This document shows positions 1 through 13,879 of a DNA stretch of 64,000 nucleotides, piece by piece. The DNA is from Squalus acanthias (lineage: Eukaryota), in assembly GCA_030390025.1 (NCBI GenBank), contig CM059432.1:123878001-123942000 (forward strand), read 5' to 3'. The notes under the pieces were generated by a model. It ran no database searches. It was not told where the DNA came from and was given only the letters and a program-made list of their open reading frames with translations. The translations under genes were made by a program, and so were the position numbers. Numbering within the stretch: position 1 is the first letter of the stretch; each line of letters begins with the position of its first letter.

Positions 1-207
1 TTATGATCTGGAATGCACTGCCTGAATGGGTGGTGGAAGCAGATTCAGTAATAACTTTCAAAGGGATATATACTTGAAAAATAACAATTTGCAGGGGTAC
101 GGGGAAAGAGCAGGGGAGTGGGACTAATTGGCTAGTTCTTTCAAAGAGCCGACACAGGCACGATGGGTCGAATGGCCTCCTTCTGTGCTGTACTGTTTGA
201 TTCTATG
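1..207 (+). mobile_element. CR1-type LINE, 3' end fragment
   Basis: TGGAATGCACTGCCTGA...GTGGTGGAAGCAGATTC and a 3' UTR with GGGTCGAATGGCCTCCTTCTGTGCTGTA plus a TTCTATG tail, similar to the CR1 ends at 15470-15671 and 26390-26590. Confidence 0.75.
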
Positions 208-559
208 TAATCACCTTTATTGTTCTGTTGTTGGTCACTAATGCAGTTTTATGCAGAAGTATCTGAATCTCACTATTTATGTATCCTAGTTGAAGGCTCT
301 CTTTTTTGTGCATATGTTCATTGAAGTCAGTTTGTGTTCCATTATTCATTGTATTAAAGTTGGATTTTCACTTTAATTCTCTGGTCTATTACTCTTTGAA
401 TTCCCAGTCCCATGAGGGTCAGAAGGTACATTGCCACGTGCTTGGGTGGGCATTGCCTTTCAAAAGTCTTTCCTGTCTGAGGGCAAGGAAGAAGGTGGAT
501 AAGCTGGGCATTCTGATAGTGGAGGCAATCAATTACTGAACAGTGCTGCTAGGAGCTGC

Positions 560-1262
560 CCTCTGACTGCCCTGGCAGCTGGAAGCAACAACTAATCTGT
601 GTGGGCATCACCTCTTGGCTCTGGGCCCTGCAGCACATGGTCTTCAGGTGCCACGGGCTCCTCACCAGGGATGTCCAAGCTCATCCCTCTCTGGTGCATA
701 CTGCAGGACGCCCCCTGACCTGTCCAGGCACCTGAAGAACCTCAAAGGTCCTCTCCACCACCTGCCTGGTGGCTGCATGTGCACGACTGCAGCACTCCTC
801 TGCTGCGTCCTGCATCACTCAGATGCTGTCAGCAGCCATGGCATCAGGGTGTAGACCTTGACCCCAGGATCCAACTGGCGATTCGCCTAGCCTTGCTGAA
901 CAGCTGGGCGATGGCGAAATGGCGAATGATAAAGATGTTGTGGCAGCTCTCTGCATGTTGCATGTTGACGTGCAGTATCCATTGCCGGGCATCACAGACA
1001 ATCTGCACATTAAGTGCGTGGAAGCCCTTCCCGTTGATGTAAGTTACGGGGCTTTGGATTGGCACTTTCATGTTCTACGTGGGTTCTGTCAATCACCCTC
1101 TGCACCTCGTGGAAGTCAGCGAGCCTGTAGAACTGTATGGCCCCGTCTCTGTGCTCCTCAAGCGACATGCCATAGGAGATGACATGCGCTGCCTGTACAT
1201 TGTCTGGGGGTGTAATAGCGAGTGGCGCGCTGTCTCCTGGTATGGTGACTCCCAGCGCAGGA
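560..1262 (-). pseudogene. Degraded Harbinger/PIF transposase
   Basis: Minus-strand peptide INGKGFHALNVQIVCDARQWILHVN matches the motif in the intact transposase at 37133-38296. Confidence 0.75.
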
Positions 1263-1279
1263 AAGCGTTGGAAACTGTT

Positions 1280-1457
1280 GCCTTGAAATTCGTTTCGGGC
1301 GGTAACGCAAAACGGGCGTTATCGGATCAGCCCCCCATTTATAGGCAGTGCCTGATATTCAGTTCTATTACAGTCAATGGAACTGAATATCAGGCGCTGC
1401 ATAGAACAGGCGGCCGAACCGTTTTGCACCACCGCTTGAGACGAATTTCGAGGCCCA
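1280..1457. mobile_element. Short Harbinger-type MITE with internal hairpin
   Basis: TIR GCCTTGAAATTCGT / ACGAATTTCGAGGC; internal inverted repeat CCTGATATTCAGTTC...GAACTGAATATCAGG. Confidence 0.55.
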
Positions 1458-1544
1458 TTGGTCCAAAGTCACCTGTTCCTCCCGAGCTTGCTACACTCGC
1501 CATATGTTCCATGTCTCAAATTACTCATATACTGTATCCTAAAA

Positions 1545-2218
1545 TCATGAATTTGCGGTCGGAGGCTTCCCACGGGAAAATGCCTCCGTTCCGCAAATAA
1601 AACCCACGCCTACCTGATGGTCCGGGAGGTAAGGAGACTCGCGGTCCTGGGCCTCTCCGGGTACCCGCGGGCAGAGGCCCACGTATCCCAGGGCGCAGGC
1701 GGTTCGCAAGCGCCCCTGGGATCACATGGGCCGGCTCAACGAATGACAGAAGGGAATCCCCATTCATGCTTTTGGAGATTCCGTATTCACAGAAACCCCA
1801 TAAGTATGAATGGGAATACCCCCAAAAATACCTCTACACTTCAAATAAATAAATAAAAAATCACATACTTAAAATGAATTAAAAGACCATTTCATTCAAT
1901 ATTTAAAACAAAAATTTAATTTTTTGAAAAATAAATTTACTTGTTTTAAAGGGGTTAAAAATAAGCTTACCTTATTGGACAGGTTTTTAAATGTATAAAT
2001 TACTGATAACATTTTATTTTTCTGTTTTTTTAAGAATTTCCCTGGCCTTCGCTGGGCGGAATAGCCCAACTCTCCGCCTGCGGATGCCCTTCTCCTGGGG
2101 ATGCGGATCATCATCGCAAGTTCCGGGTTTGAGCGCACACCTAAACCCAGAACTTGTGCGGCCCTTACGGGCGCGTACACACCCCGTACACACCCATAGG
2201 GGCCGCAAATTATGGCCC
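1545..2218. mobile_element. Non-autonomous DNA transposon (MITE-like)
   Basis: Imperfect TIR (AATTTGCGG / CCGCAAATT), GC-rich ends and an AT-rich core like other MITEs in the window. Confidence 0.45.
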
Positions 2219-3269
2219 ATTATTTTCTGAAAGCAACATGTCTAATTTGTATGCTGATATAGTCTCAAGAACCATTTTGTACAAGTTAAAAGGCCATAGA
2301 TAAAATGGAACTATGACTTTCCATGTTCTTTTATGAGAATTTGAAAAGACAGGGCAGCATTGGTGTACCTGTGTAGTATTTGTGCATTTAAACACACAGC
2401 AGACATTTGAGGTCTGGGTGTTAAATCACCTTTGAACCTGATTACCACCAATTAACATTTAACACCATGACTTAGTCACTGGCAATAATTGTTACCACCT
2501 AAATAATCCGCAATTAAACCAATAATTAATGGATGGCACAGAATAAATTATGGCCAATTAAAATTTTGCACTAGCATTATACATGGATGTTCTTTAGGCG
2601 GCATTTAACCAGTGTTAAATAGCACTTGTACAAACAAATTGATAATCAGCGTCAATGCCAATTTGCACTGCATTAAAATAGTAGGACAGTGATGGAAGGA
2701 AGAGAAGGAGAAAGAAGAGGTGGAAGAGAAGGATGAGGCACTCAGTCTCAGTCCAACAAATATACTAGAATAGGATAAATTATCTGCATCTATCAGACCT
2801 GCAATGACTCAGGAGATTTTGACTCAGTAGGCAAGATTTCATCGACCTGTGACAAACGTTACAAATAGATTTACAATCATCTTTTATCATTTTAATCACG
2901 TTACCAATGGCCGTGAAGTTCATTGCCACCATTAATATCCTCTTTCCGTCAGCATGAAGAGATTATGCACAACTCCAAGTATATAAGAAAAGGTTACAAA
3001 GTGTTCGTTGTACAGTATGTTGTTTAATGTACAATATGGGTAGTGTATCATCTGAGTGGATTGACCTAAGGAAAGACTGTAGGGACAGTTTTCTGAACTG
3101 AGCTCGGAGATGGTCAGAATGTCGTGGTGTGGGCATTACACTTTCCTGAGTTGTGCACGATGGACTTTGACAAATCTTTCAGTGTCATGCCCGGTTACAC
3201 ATTCACACAGAGCTCTAGCCTGCAACTTAAAGGTCTGCAATGGCTGTTTAAATGGGAGTGCAATTTTGG

Positions 3270-3520
3270 TGGCAAAAACTTGCTGCGAGCTGTAAGTGTG
3301 AGAATGTGGACACTGAGGTTACCTGATGCAACAGTGGAAGTCCTGCTAGAAGTAGTGGGGTACAGGATGGTAGCCCTGTTTGGCACTCCAGGGCATCCTC
3401 ACCCACAGGGCAGATGTGACAGATAGGTGGCACAAAGGTTCAATGCTGTTTCCACCATACAGATGACCAGGCTCCAAATGTGGTAAATGTTTGCAAACCC
3501 AACAAGGCCATTCAGAGTAA
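3270..3520 (+). pseudogene. Highly degraded Harbinger Myb/SANT-like exon 1
   Basis: LPDATVEVLLEVV...LF resembles the N-terminus of the Myb-like ORFs at 40450 and 58071; ends near a GTAAG donor. Confidence 0.35.
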
Positions 3521-3804
3521 GGCTACTCACTGTATATGAAGTAGATGGGTAAAGTATGCATGTCACTAGTATTCCTCCTGAGACTACATCACAGCCTTTT
3601 TAAAGTTTATCATGCATGTTATCATTCTGCAGCAGTATAAATTGTAGTTGCAACATTGACTGAAGCTCCTGACAAACTGATAGGTTATAAAACTTCACCC
3701 AACAAGAATTATACTGAATGGGCAGTGCGGGCCCAAATTTCCAATATGTGCTAGATGCTTATCCCCATTGAGCACACATGCACTGAGCATCATTTCACAG
3801 AGGT

Positions 3805-4040
3805 GCAGGGGAGTTCTCCTGGTGTCCTGACCAATATCTATCCCTCAATCAACATCACTAAAACTGATTGTCTGGTCATTATCACATTGCTGTTTGTGAG
3901 AGCTTGCTGTGCACAAATTGGCGCCGCATTTCCTACATCACAACAGTGACTATGCTTCAAAAGTACTTCTTTGGCTGTAAAGTGCTTTGGGACGTCCGGT
4001 GGTCGTGAAAGGTGCTATATAAATGCAAGTCTTCTTCTTT
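3805..4040 (+). mobile_element. Deu-domain SINE (SacSINE/AmnSINE-like), 3' part
   Basis: CAGGGGAGTTCTCCTGGTGTCCTG...GCTATATAAATGCAAG, repeated in several copies across the window. Confidence 0.65.
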
Positions 4041-5726
4041 CTTTCTTTCATACACTCCATGACATCCTCCAGACGAGGAGATAGTTGGGTCTCATTGCCC
4101 AGACTTTCCGGTGAACTTTACATTTGGTCTTAATTATTTTCTTTAGCACATGTTTATAATGATGGACCAGCTATTTGCCATCCTTGTTTAGTTTTTGATG
4201 AGCACTACGAGATATTTTAAAAGTCTGTTGATTCTTTTTTGAAGTGGTGCAGTTTCATTGGTGTACCTATTCATTTTGTGTTTGCCCCATGTGTGATGTG
4301 GATTTCTCCATGTTGACTATACATATAGCCGACGAGTAAGTGCTCCCCTGGTTGAGGACGTAGCAGAAGTAGCACTGATGGATGGCTGCTTAGGAAACTG
4401 GGGAGGTGCAGGGAGACAGAAGGCCTTTCACCTGAACCTGCAACTAATCCTGATGGACTTCCATCAGCGCAGAGGTTTCTGTTTTTCTAGGTACTGTGGG
4501 CTCAATGCCTTCAGAAGCAGCATCTACGATAACTTGCGCTATTGATATAACTGCCAACTGGATACCTCTGTGTACGACAGTCGCGGAGCATATCTCTTCA
4601 TAATGCTGACTGATCTGCATGAGCAAAACATTCGGTGCCCACAAAGCTCCATCATGGTTGCTAATAACAGTGCTCCAAGTCGGCTGAAGCCGGCCATGAC
4701 TGCTTCTTGGAGTTTCGACCCTAAAATCTCGATAGTAACCATGGGTGCATTCGTTAGCAAGCTCCTACTGTGTCTGTAGCCTGTGTAAATGATGTTATCA
4801 CTGCATATGCATCTGGTGTGCCGTATGCTCACTGGCAGCCTGCAGTGTAACTGAACAGTACTCCAAGAAATCGCTCCTGTGGGAAATAGCAGTGCATATC
4901 ATATTATAGACATTTTGGTAGAGAAGGCAGCCACTTGACCTATCATGCCTGTGCTGGCTCCACACTGGAGTTATTTACTCCAATCCCATTTTCCTGTTGT
5001 TCCCTTGTACCCTTTAATCATTTTCCTCTTCAGTTATCCTAATGCCTGCGACCCTTTCTTGGTTTTGAATTCCTCCAAACTACCTAGACCACCTCCCAAT
5101 ATTTCGTGTAATTGGACAAGTGATTACTCAATATGGAATGCAATGTCAAACCAGGACCCATACAACAACAACTTGCATTTCCAGAGCGCCTTTAATGTAG
5201 AAAAACGTCCCAAGGCGCTTCACAGAGGCGTAATAAGACAAAACCGGACTCTGAGACAAAGGAGATATTAAAAGTGGTGACTAAAAGCTTGAGAGAGCAT
5301 TGCAGAGTGAGCTGGTAATGGAATGAGCCGAGAAAAGAGTGAGGACTTTTAAAACCGGGAATTCAGTGAGAGTAGGAATTCAGTGGTAAGTAGTACAGAA
5401 GTTGTGTTTTTTATCCAATTGTAATTTAAGCTTGGTTTTTAACAAAAAAGAATTGCTAGTCAGTTAACTGTCAGTCACCTGTATGTAGGTCACTGTTCAG
5501 GTGTTAGATACTGTGTAACTGGGGGCTGACTGACCAGAGGAAACTGGTTTGTGTCTGAAACGTATTTAAAGACTAGATACCTGCAAGAGCACAGCAGAGG
5601 GAGCTGATAACCGAATTAGCTGGGAGCAGAGAGAGGACTTTAAAAATGGGAATTTGGTGAGAATGGGAATTAAGTGCAGAGGGGGAAAGAGGTGCTAAAG
5701 AAATTAATCGAGGAACGAAAGCTAAT

Positions 5727-6451
5727 GGGCCAGACTTTGCTAAAAAAAAGTAACAGTGTCTGAACGATGCACGTCGTTATTACTGCGCAAATCGACCAGC
5801 AACTTGTGATGGGGAAGAGATACCCCGTGAATTGTGAATCGACATAACTTTTGCAAAAACGCATCTTGTGCTTAACCTCCCCGTGATTTTCATGAAGTTG
5901 CTGCATTTGCACATTAATTGTCTATTAAGGTTAAGTCTAGTAATTAATAGTGTAAGTACCCCTTTAATGACATGATAATTGTTAATGACTGCCAATTTAC
6001 CTCTCTGGCTCAGAAAGTGAACAATTATAAGTGTGGAGTCTCATTCCTTCAGGTTCTGAATTGTTTTAGGAGATTTTTAAAATGTCAAATTTTAAGTTAT
6101 TTCTTTCTTACTTTTCCTTTCTGCCTCTTTTCTCTCTCTCTCGTTTAATCCAATCTTTCTTTCCCTCTCTTTATTTCTCTTTCTGTACCTGATTTGACAT
6201 TGAATTCACCCCCTTTAATTCATCCTCCTTCTCAGTCCTTCCTCTGTTTATTTCTCAATGCTTATACCTCATTGGTTAAGGAGAGAGATACCCTGTTTGT
6301 CCCGTTGTTCACCAAGGTCCCAGATGCCCTGTTGCCCTCGCCACACCGTTATCAGCTCGCACCGCCACCAACTTTGTGAGCAAAAATTTTAAAACCTAAA
6401 CGTGCACGAACAAATCTAACTAATGGGGCACGCTCCAGCAAAATCTGACCC
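5727..6451. mobile_element. Harbinger-type MITE, family A
   Basis: TIR GGGCCAGACTTTGC / GCAAAATCTGACCC; an inverted homologue lies at 19365-20102. Confidence 0.6.
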
Positions 6452-6764
6452 ATCGTGTTCAATTATTTACTCATTCTTTAATATTTAACTATATGGTAGA
6501 TTAAGGGGCTATTAAACTTAAAAAATAGAAATTAATATAAAAAGAGATAAGATTGGAAAAACTAACAGCTTTTAAGTAATAAAAATTAAATAAATATAAA
6601 CTAACGTCAATATGAGAAAGAAATAGGCTAATTAAACTAAACTGAGCGATAAAAAGTAACTAAAAGAAATCAAATCCATGTGATAATCAAAATTTAGTAT
6701 TAAAGGTGAATCAGTGAGCTCAAGAAAGAAAGAATGAAAGAAAGAAAAAACGAACAGACGGATA

Positions 6765-8800
6765 ATGACAGCACAGGCAGTGTGTCGGGACTGCAGAATG
6801 TGGGAATTTGTAGGCACTGAGACTGTCCCGGGTGAACAATTCTGTGGGAAATGCCTTGAGTCATTCTGGCTCAGAGCCATTGAGCTGGAACATGAGATAG
6901 AAACAATCCAACACATAAGAGAGGGGGAGGAATATCTCGATAGTTTACTCCAGAATACAGTCACAGCACATACAGACATACAGGTAGAGGAAGAGGAGTG
7001 CATGACTGACAGTCAGCAGGATAAGGGGAATCTAGTAGAAGCAGGAAGGAAGAAACCACACAATTTGGTCCTGTCCAACGGGTAGGATATACTTGCTACC
7101 TGTGGGGATAAGGGAGAAGGCTGCGGGGAGGATGGCCAGAATGCTAACCAAGGCATCACGGAGCTGAAGGTTGGGGGGGGGGGGGGTGGTGGGTGGGGTG
7201 GGGTGGGGGGTGGGGGGGGCAGCAGAATAGAAAAGTTGTAGTTATAGGGGATTCGATAATTCGGGGGATAGAGGGATTCCTTTGCAGTCATGACCGAGAG
7301 TCCAGGAGGATGTGTTGCCTAACTGGTAAGGGATATCTCGAAGCAGCTGGAAAGGAACTTGGAAAGGGAAGGGGGAAGAACCAGTTGTGATCCATGCCAG
7401 AACCAATGATATGGGCCAGAACAGGGAAGCAGTCCTGCTAAGCAAGTATCAGGAGCTAGGAGATAATTAAAAAGCAGGACCTTGTAGCAGTTGGCGCAGA
7501 CTCCATGGATTTTTAGATTATGAACATATACCCTTATTAAAAACTGGACAGGCTGTTTGGGGGGAAGCAGTGGAAAACACTCAAGCTGAAGGTGGCTGAC
7601 GTAACCAGGTTGCATTCGTATGGTAACGGACTGTCCTTGGGAACAATGGCCCGAGAGGCCCACTCCCAAGTCATGAATAACGAGGCTGGCAACTCATTGT
7701 TTCTGGAGAAGATGAGCTCGTTAAGTTAATCGGCTGGGAGATCGAAACGAGATCTAAACCATCCAAACCTGGGAGGAGGCCTGGAAACCATTTCCCTGAG
7801 GCCATGTGTCCATTAAAACCACAGACAGCGGTCTGTGTATTGGAGGGGTATATCAGAGAGCAGTTTGGATAGCTCTCTCTCTCTCTCCTGCCCTCCACAC
7901 AATGGAACGACAAGAGGAACTGAGCCTTGCTCTTCCAACCGAGACGGACTTCGACTCAGACTGGAACTCGCATGCCGCAAGGCCGGTACGGAACCAGGTA
8001 GCCGAGATGGACAGGAGGAAGCTACAAGCAAGATCAAGGGCAATCTAGGTGAGCATTGCCAAGCCTACACACCCACAAGATCACTTAGCTGTGTGAGGGG
8101 GTGCCTGTATGTTCCTACCAATCCAGAGGGGGTTTAGCGTTGGAAGGGTCCTGTGATAGTTTAGTTCACGGGAGGGTGTTTTTAGGCCATGGTAAGTCAG
8201 CATCGCAGGGGCTTGTTGGACAAGTCAGAGTTGTACTGTTTTAAACTGTACTGTTGTGTTCACACCGCTTGTACTGTATGCGAGTGGAGTGGTTTTGTCA
8301 ACCTTAATAAACACTGTACGGGTGAGCCCGAAAACGCTGTCCGTGTTGAAATCTGTCCTCAGCAATCCCTATCGTCCAGAACTTGTAGTAAGGGGGTTTG
8401 CGTGCTCGCTATGGGCGGGGCAAAACCACTTACAATAATTGGCGATTGCGGCAGGGCCCATAGGAAATTGGCCACCGCAAAAACCGGTTACAACCTTGAG
8501 AGTAGTAATCTTTGGATAATTACTCAAGCCACAGCGAATTGGCATAAGGACAAACCGATCAAGAAAGTAAATGCGTGGCTGAAAAGTGATGTGGGAAGGA
8601 GGTGTTCATTTCATGGGACACTGGCACCAGTACTGGGACAGGAAGGAGCTGTACCATTGGGAAGGGCTGCACCTGAACCAGGCTGGGACCAAGGTCCTAG
8701 CGGAAAGGATAAATATTACTGTACAAGGGACTTTAAATCAATAAAGGCAGGCACGGGGGCAGGGGAGGGTCTGGCTGGAAATAATAATAACCAAATATAA
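6765..8800 (+). mobile_element. CR1 LINE 5' part: degraded ORF1 (zinc finger/leucine zipper plus SGNH esterase), interrupted by a solo LTR
   Basis: CRDCRMWE...CGKC...ELEHEIETI and VVVIGDSII motifs; homologous to ORF1 at 54663. Confidence 0.75.
7483..8492 (+). mobile_element. Solo LTR (~1.0 kb)
   Basis: TGTA...TACA termini, ACCT TSD (7479-7482, 8493-8496), AATAAA near 8306; the host CR1 ORF1 rejoins across it. Confidence 0.8.
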
Positions 8801-8856
8801 GGGGGAAAAAAAGGGATCAGAGCAAAAGTCAGAGAACAAAAAGAGATAAAGATAAT

Positions 8857-9597
8857 GGCCCAAAAATTAGTGTCTCTACGCGAGAGTACGCACTGTGTAC
8901 TCTCGCGTATTCTGTCTCCAATTGCCAGTTTTCTGCATGCACTGCGCATGCGCTGAAAACCGGCACTTGGTGATTTCAAAAGGGGGCGGTTCCTAAGTGA
9001 ACCGCGTGCATGCTACAGGCTGCGCACACGCAGTGCACTTAGTGCTTTGAACGCGCAGGTAAGCATGGAAGATTTTGCACATAAAGAAAGGAGGCGTAAG
9101 ACCCTCTTTTAACAAGGTAAGTAGTTAATTAAGTATTATTTTGAATTTTTTTCAACAGGTATATCTTTTTTAGAGACTTTAAAGAAAGGTAAGTTTATTT
9201 TTATAACTTTTTAAAAGATTTTAATTTTTTTTTTAATTTAATTTTTTGTTTAAAGTGGTTAATTTATTTAACTATACTTATTTTATTAATGTGATGGTTT
9301 TTTTTAAATTTAATTGAGGTTTAGCTGTTCTTTTGAGGGGGTATAGATTCATAGCTTTCACAGCACTTGCTGTGAAAACTATGAATGAAAGATGGTGTGC
9401 TGCCATTGGCTCTAACTGAATCACGTGATCCCAGAGCTCGCACGAATTAACTGCGTCTGTGGGATACGCACACACTGCACAGCTGCTGTCTAGAAAATCA
9501 AGTTCGTGCGAGCTCGGAATGAAAAGGCAGGCGCGCAGTGAGATATCGCGGGGAAGCCTTACCCCCGCAGGAAGGCTCCGTCTTTAATTTCTGGGCC
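8857..9597. mobile_element. Harbinger-type MITE, family B
   Basis: TIR GGCCCAAAAATTA / TAATTTCTGGGCC with AAT TSD; homologue at 23572-24306. Confidence 0.7.
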
Positions 9598-10613
9598 AAT
9601 GGGGTAGAGATTCCGCTTTGGGCGTAATCGGCAATCCGGGTGCAAATTGCGGTCAATATTGCGAAGTGAAGTTATGGTTCAAGTTTCCGCTCAAATGTAA
9701 ATTCTTCCATAAACCAGTGCGATCGGGCAGAGTTTTCAAGGTAATTGTTTATTTTTTCCCCCTTACATTAATAAATATTCCTTAATATATTTAAGAGTGG
9801 TAACCTGGTGCAGTTTTATTAATACAGCTGAAAATGGGTTTTTCACAAAAAGTATTCATTTTAATCAGCGCGTCTGTGAGTAACCCAATTTTAAATAACT
9901 GAAAATGACTTTAAAAAACTATACCGAACCGTTTACTAGTTTCATTGGTGCACACTAGTCAGCTTCTTACTAAATTTAATTTTTTTAAATCTTCAAAATG
10001 TTTTAAAAAGGTGCCTATTAGTGCTCTTGCGCCTAAAACAAACAGCTTAATTTTAGGAGCCTCTTCAAAGGTCCATAAACGGGCATAATTAGTGGAAACT
10101 CGCCATGCTCATTAATTCAATCTGTGGGCGTGGCCAGTTTTGTGGGCGGGGCTGGCTCTAGCACGATGTTTTTTAAACCAGTGCAAAAGATCAAGGAAAC
10201 TTGATGGGCTAAAACTTCGGTTGCGTAACGGCCATTGTTTGTTTCTGGTGTGGGCCATGGCAGACGCCATCTTGGTGAGGGCATTAGCATTGGCACTGGG
10301 AGCGTGAGCCAGAAGTATAAAGAGTAGACAGATCATGACGTCAAATATTGTGCCATTTTCGTCTTCAATGCTGGAACTAACCTCGCACAGCTGAACATGC
10401 GTTCAGCAGCAGCAAGGACCCCCTACCAACGATATTTAAAGGGATCATCACCTACTTACAGGTTAGTTGCTGATTAATTTCTGCTGGCTCTGTGTAAGTT
10501 TCTGGAAGTGTTTGGAGCTTTCTAGAGTTGTTTAAAGTTAGTGAGGTGACAGGGAGTGGTGCTGCAAGTGGAGGAGGCCTTGCTTCTGACTTCAAGGGTT
10601 CTGGCCAGACCAC

Positions 10614-11640
10614 TTGCTCCCAGTCATGGGTACTCTAGTTGTCATCCCACTTGGCCTGCAGCATGACAGGGAGATGGAGCAGAGGCAGCGAAGAAGAGGA
10701 CAAGCTGCTCGTAGAGGGAGAAGGAGGAGGAGGGGCAGGAGGGGCAGGAGGGCTCTCAGCAGGAGGCCCTACCCACCTAGGGTCTTCCGAGGGCACTTCT
10801 CCTACCTCAGCCTAAGCCAGGAGCAGTGTGTGAGCCATCTACGCTTTACGAAGGAGGTGCTCACAGAACTCTGCCACTTCTTGCAATCAGATCTGCAGCA
10901 TCACTCCCGGGCAAGGACAGCGCTGCCAGTGGCTGTGGAGGTGACCATCGCACTGAATTTCTTTGTGTCGGGATCCTTCCAGGTTGGAGCAGGCAACATC
11001 TGTAACATCTCCCAGTTCGCCCTCCACTGCTGCTTAAGAGAGGTGACAGGCGCTCTTTATGCCAGGAGAGGGGACTTCATTGTCTTCTCTCTGACCAGAG
11101 AGAAGCAGGTGGAGCATGCACATGGCTTTGCCAGGATAGCGGGCTTCCCTATGTTGCAGGGCGCCATGAACTGCACACATGTGGCTTTGCAGGTGCCGAA
11201 TCTAAATGTTGAGATGTACCGCAACCGCAAAGGTTATCACTTGCTGAATGTGGAGTTGCTCAGCACATCATGAATGCCCGTTATCCTAGCAGCAGTCATG
11301 ATGCTTTTATTCTGCGCCAATCCGCTGTTCCCTCAGTCTCCGCTCCGCAACCCAACCATACGTGGGCAGCATGCATAAAATGAGAGCCACACAGAAACTG
11401 ACAGAGCAGATCATTGGTCTCCTTAAACAATGCTTTCGCTGCCTGGTCCACTCTGGAGGAGCCCTGCAGTACTCACCAGAACAGCCTCAAAATTCATCAT
11501 GCTCCACAACCTCGTCGTCATGAGGGCACAGCCCTTGCCACCAGGCATACGGCGACCAGCAGAGGAGGAGGAGAAGGAAGCGGAAGATGAGGAAGCGGAA
11601 GCAAGGAGGCAACCCAGAGGTGCATGTGCAGCTTGCAAAT
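10614..11640 (+). pseudogene. Harbinger transposase, deleted and frameshifted
   Basis: Collinear with the 37133 ORF (RFTKEVLTELCH, IAGFPMLQGAMNCTH, RNRKGYHLLNV). Confidence 0.85.
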
Positions 11641-11729
11641 CGGAAGAGATTGTGGGATGAGGGGGAAGTGGGTATGTGAGAAGGAGGATAACGTGTGGGG
11701 ATACTGGCATCTTGCATTCTTTCAACCCT

Positions 11730-12381
11730 GTCGCTGGCCACGGGCTCAGCCATGCCCCTCATAATGATGGCCAGCACTGTCTCCTCCATGGGTTGAGATT
11801 ATGCAGGTGAGCCAGACCCCCACCGGTTAAGTGCTGCTGCTGCCGGTTATGCGCCACCTTTTCCTGCAAGAGAAAGGGAAGTGTGTCAGTGAGTTGGTGT
11901 AATGTGTTTGGGTGATGTGCCTGTCATGTATAGCTGTCAGTGTGTGCAAAGTGTGAGATGTGGGTGTGAGGCTGGCAGCAAAGGTAAGTGTGTGAAAGTG
12001 AAGTGAAGCAATGAATGTGAGGTATGAATCATGTTTGGTAGAGATTGTTGGTAAGTGAGTGATAGGGGTGTGTTGCATTGAGCAGTGTGTGAGGGTATTG
12101 GTGCAGATGGTGGGATATGGCATTTGAAGATTAATTCACTGACCTTGACCACTCGTGTGAGGTCATTAAACTTCTTCCTACACTGTGTCCATGTCCTCTG
12201 GGCTACACTGCTGGCATTCACCACAGAGGCTATCTGCTCCCACTGCACTTTGCTCTGTTGCCTGGAGGGCCTCCTGGCCCCCTGTGGAAAGAGGACCTCT
12301 TTCTTCCTATTGAAATCCTGCACCAAGGCCTCCAGTGGTGCATCAGAGAACCTTGGTGCCGCTCTCTCCTCTGTTGTGCCA
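11730..12381 (-). pseudogene. Harbinger Myb/SANT-like DNA-binding protein, exons 1-2
   Basis: WEQIASVVNASSVAQRTWTQCRKKFNDL followed by a GT donor; second exon remnant below ~11865. Confidence 0.75.
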
Positions 12382-13879
12382 TTATTAGTTCTTTTCCACT
12401 GTCTTCCCCAGCCAGTTCAATGATCTGCTGCAGGTAGAATGCACCTCCCCTTTAAGAGATGCAGACTGCCTTTAAGTAGTGCAGGCTAGCTTTAAGTGGT
12501 GCTAGCCTTGCACGAACTTGGGCTCCTGCTGAGCGCCACAATCATGGAAATAAGTAGACAGCACAAAGTTCACATGCTGCTTCCATTCCTCCGAACAGAT
12601 GCAGGTTGATCGCGCATCGCGATCCCCGTGCCCGTTTTCGGAGGCTAACGAAATTCTCGGCCAATTGCGCTTCACAATGCCAGGTAACTCAATCAAGGCA
12701 TTCAGCATTTTGGCCTAAATTAGCTCTTCAGTAACTACCATCACTGCTACCTCTTCATCACCAGTGCTCAATAACTTACCCTGTGCTTCCTCATCAACAT
12801 TGTTTTCTACTTCAATTGCAGATCAGGCACCTGTCCTGACACCTACTTGGTTGGTGTTCAGATATGTGGTGCTCTTTGGGTGCAGTTGGTGGTTCATTTA
12901 CTCAGTGAGGAGAGTAGATAGTACATTATTAGTACAGAAACACACTGACACATTTGGGTATTGTATTGTCATTGCAGACACTTTTTGGTACTTGTGAATA
13001 ATCAGTGTTTATGCATATGTTGGTGTAAGCTTATCAGACAGGATTATCAGCTTCACATGTTTGTGACTGGGTGTTAGCACTCCAAATCATTTTAGCAATT
13101 GTCCATTAGAAAATTCTACTCCAAATTCTTTACCCCTTAACTGAAAAGAGTGACTTTATCTGAATGGTTTAGAATGGTCTTTATCCAATCCTCCTCCAGG
13201 ATTTCACTGATATTTTTATGAAATGACGGATATACCAGTAACAGATTTTTTCACTTATGATACATTTATGCACAAAGAAAAATATATAAAAGTGTGAACA
13301 GAAAATAAAGAAAGGCAATTCAAAGTTACCCAGAACACAGCTCTGAGGTGAAGTCTAGTGAAAGGAAAGGAAGAGGTAAAGCAGACGTTGAGGCAACACT
13401 GCTGCTTAATCCCCTATGAATCAAACAAATATCACAAAAGGGCACTAAGATTATCTTATTAGAAGCAATTCAGGCTAATGTGAATCTACATGTGGGACTG
13501 TATAGCGGCATTGTGAGATGGATCACGAGCAGGCAGTGCCACAGAGAAGAGGTGCACAGGCTCCGTTCCCCCACTCTGCTGAATATCTATTCGTCCGTGG
13601 AGGTGTTGCGGAGAGGCCATATATCTCCCTGCAGAGTGGGAGGGAAGAAATATCAGAGGGTGGGTCAGCAACAGGTCTCTCTCAAGCACCTGGCAGCCAA
13701 CTAGATGGCACAGGGGTGGAATGTAGGATGGAGGTTCATCCGTCTGCTGTAGTGAGACCACCACAAAGGAAAGGAGAACATCTTCCAGTCCGGGCATTGA
13801 GGTAGTGGGATCGATGGACTGCAGGTTTTGTGCTTGTATCGGAGATGTTGGAATTCTGAAATAAAAACAGAAAATCCGT

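Larger units (their letters stand above)
10206..12662. mobile_element. Internally deleted Harbinger transposon (transposase on +, Myb-like on -)
   Basis: Convergent transposase and Myb-like remnants; weak TIRs, so boundaries are approximate. Confidence 0.7.

Noticed and set aside
4490..4780. Possible host exon after a TTTTTCTAG acceptor
   Set aside because: No sustained recognisable reading frame; it may be a decayed Harbinger Myb exon.
7173..7218. G-run tract with G-quadruplex potential
   Set aside because: Simple low-complexity expansion inside a dead CR1 ORF1, prone to sequencing error.
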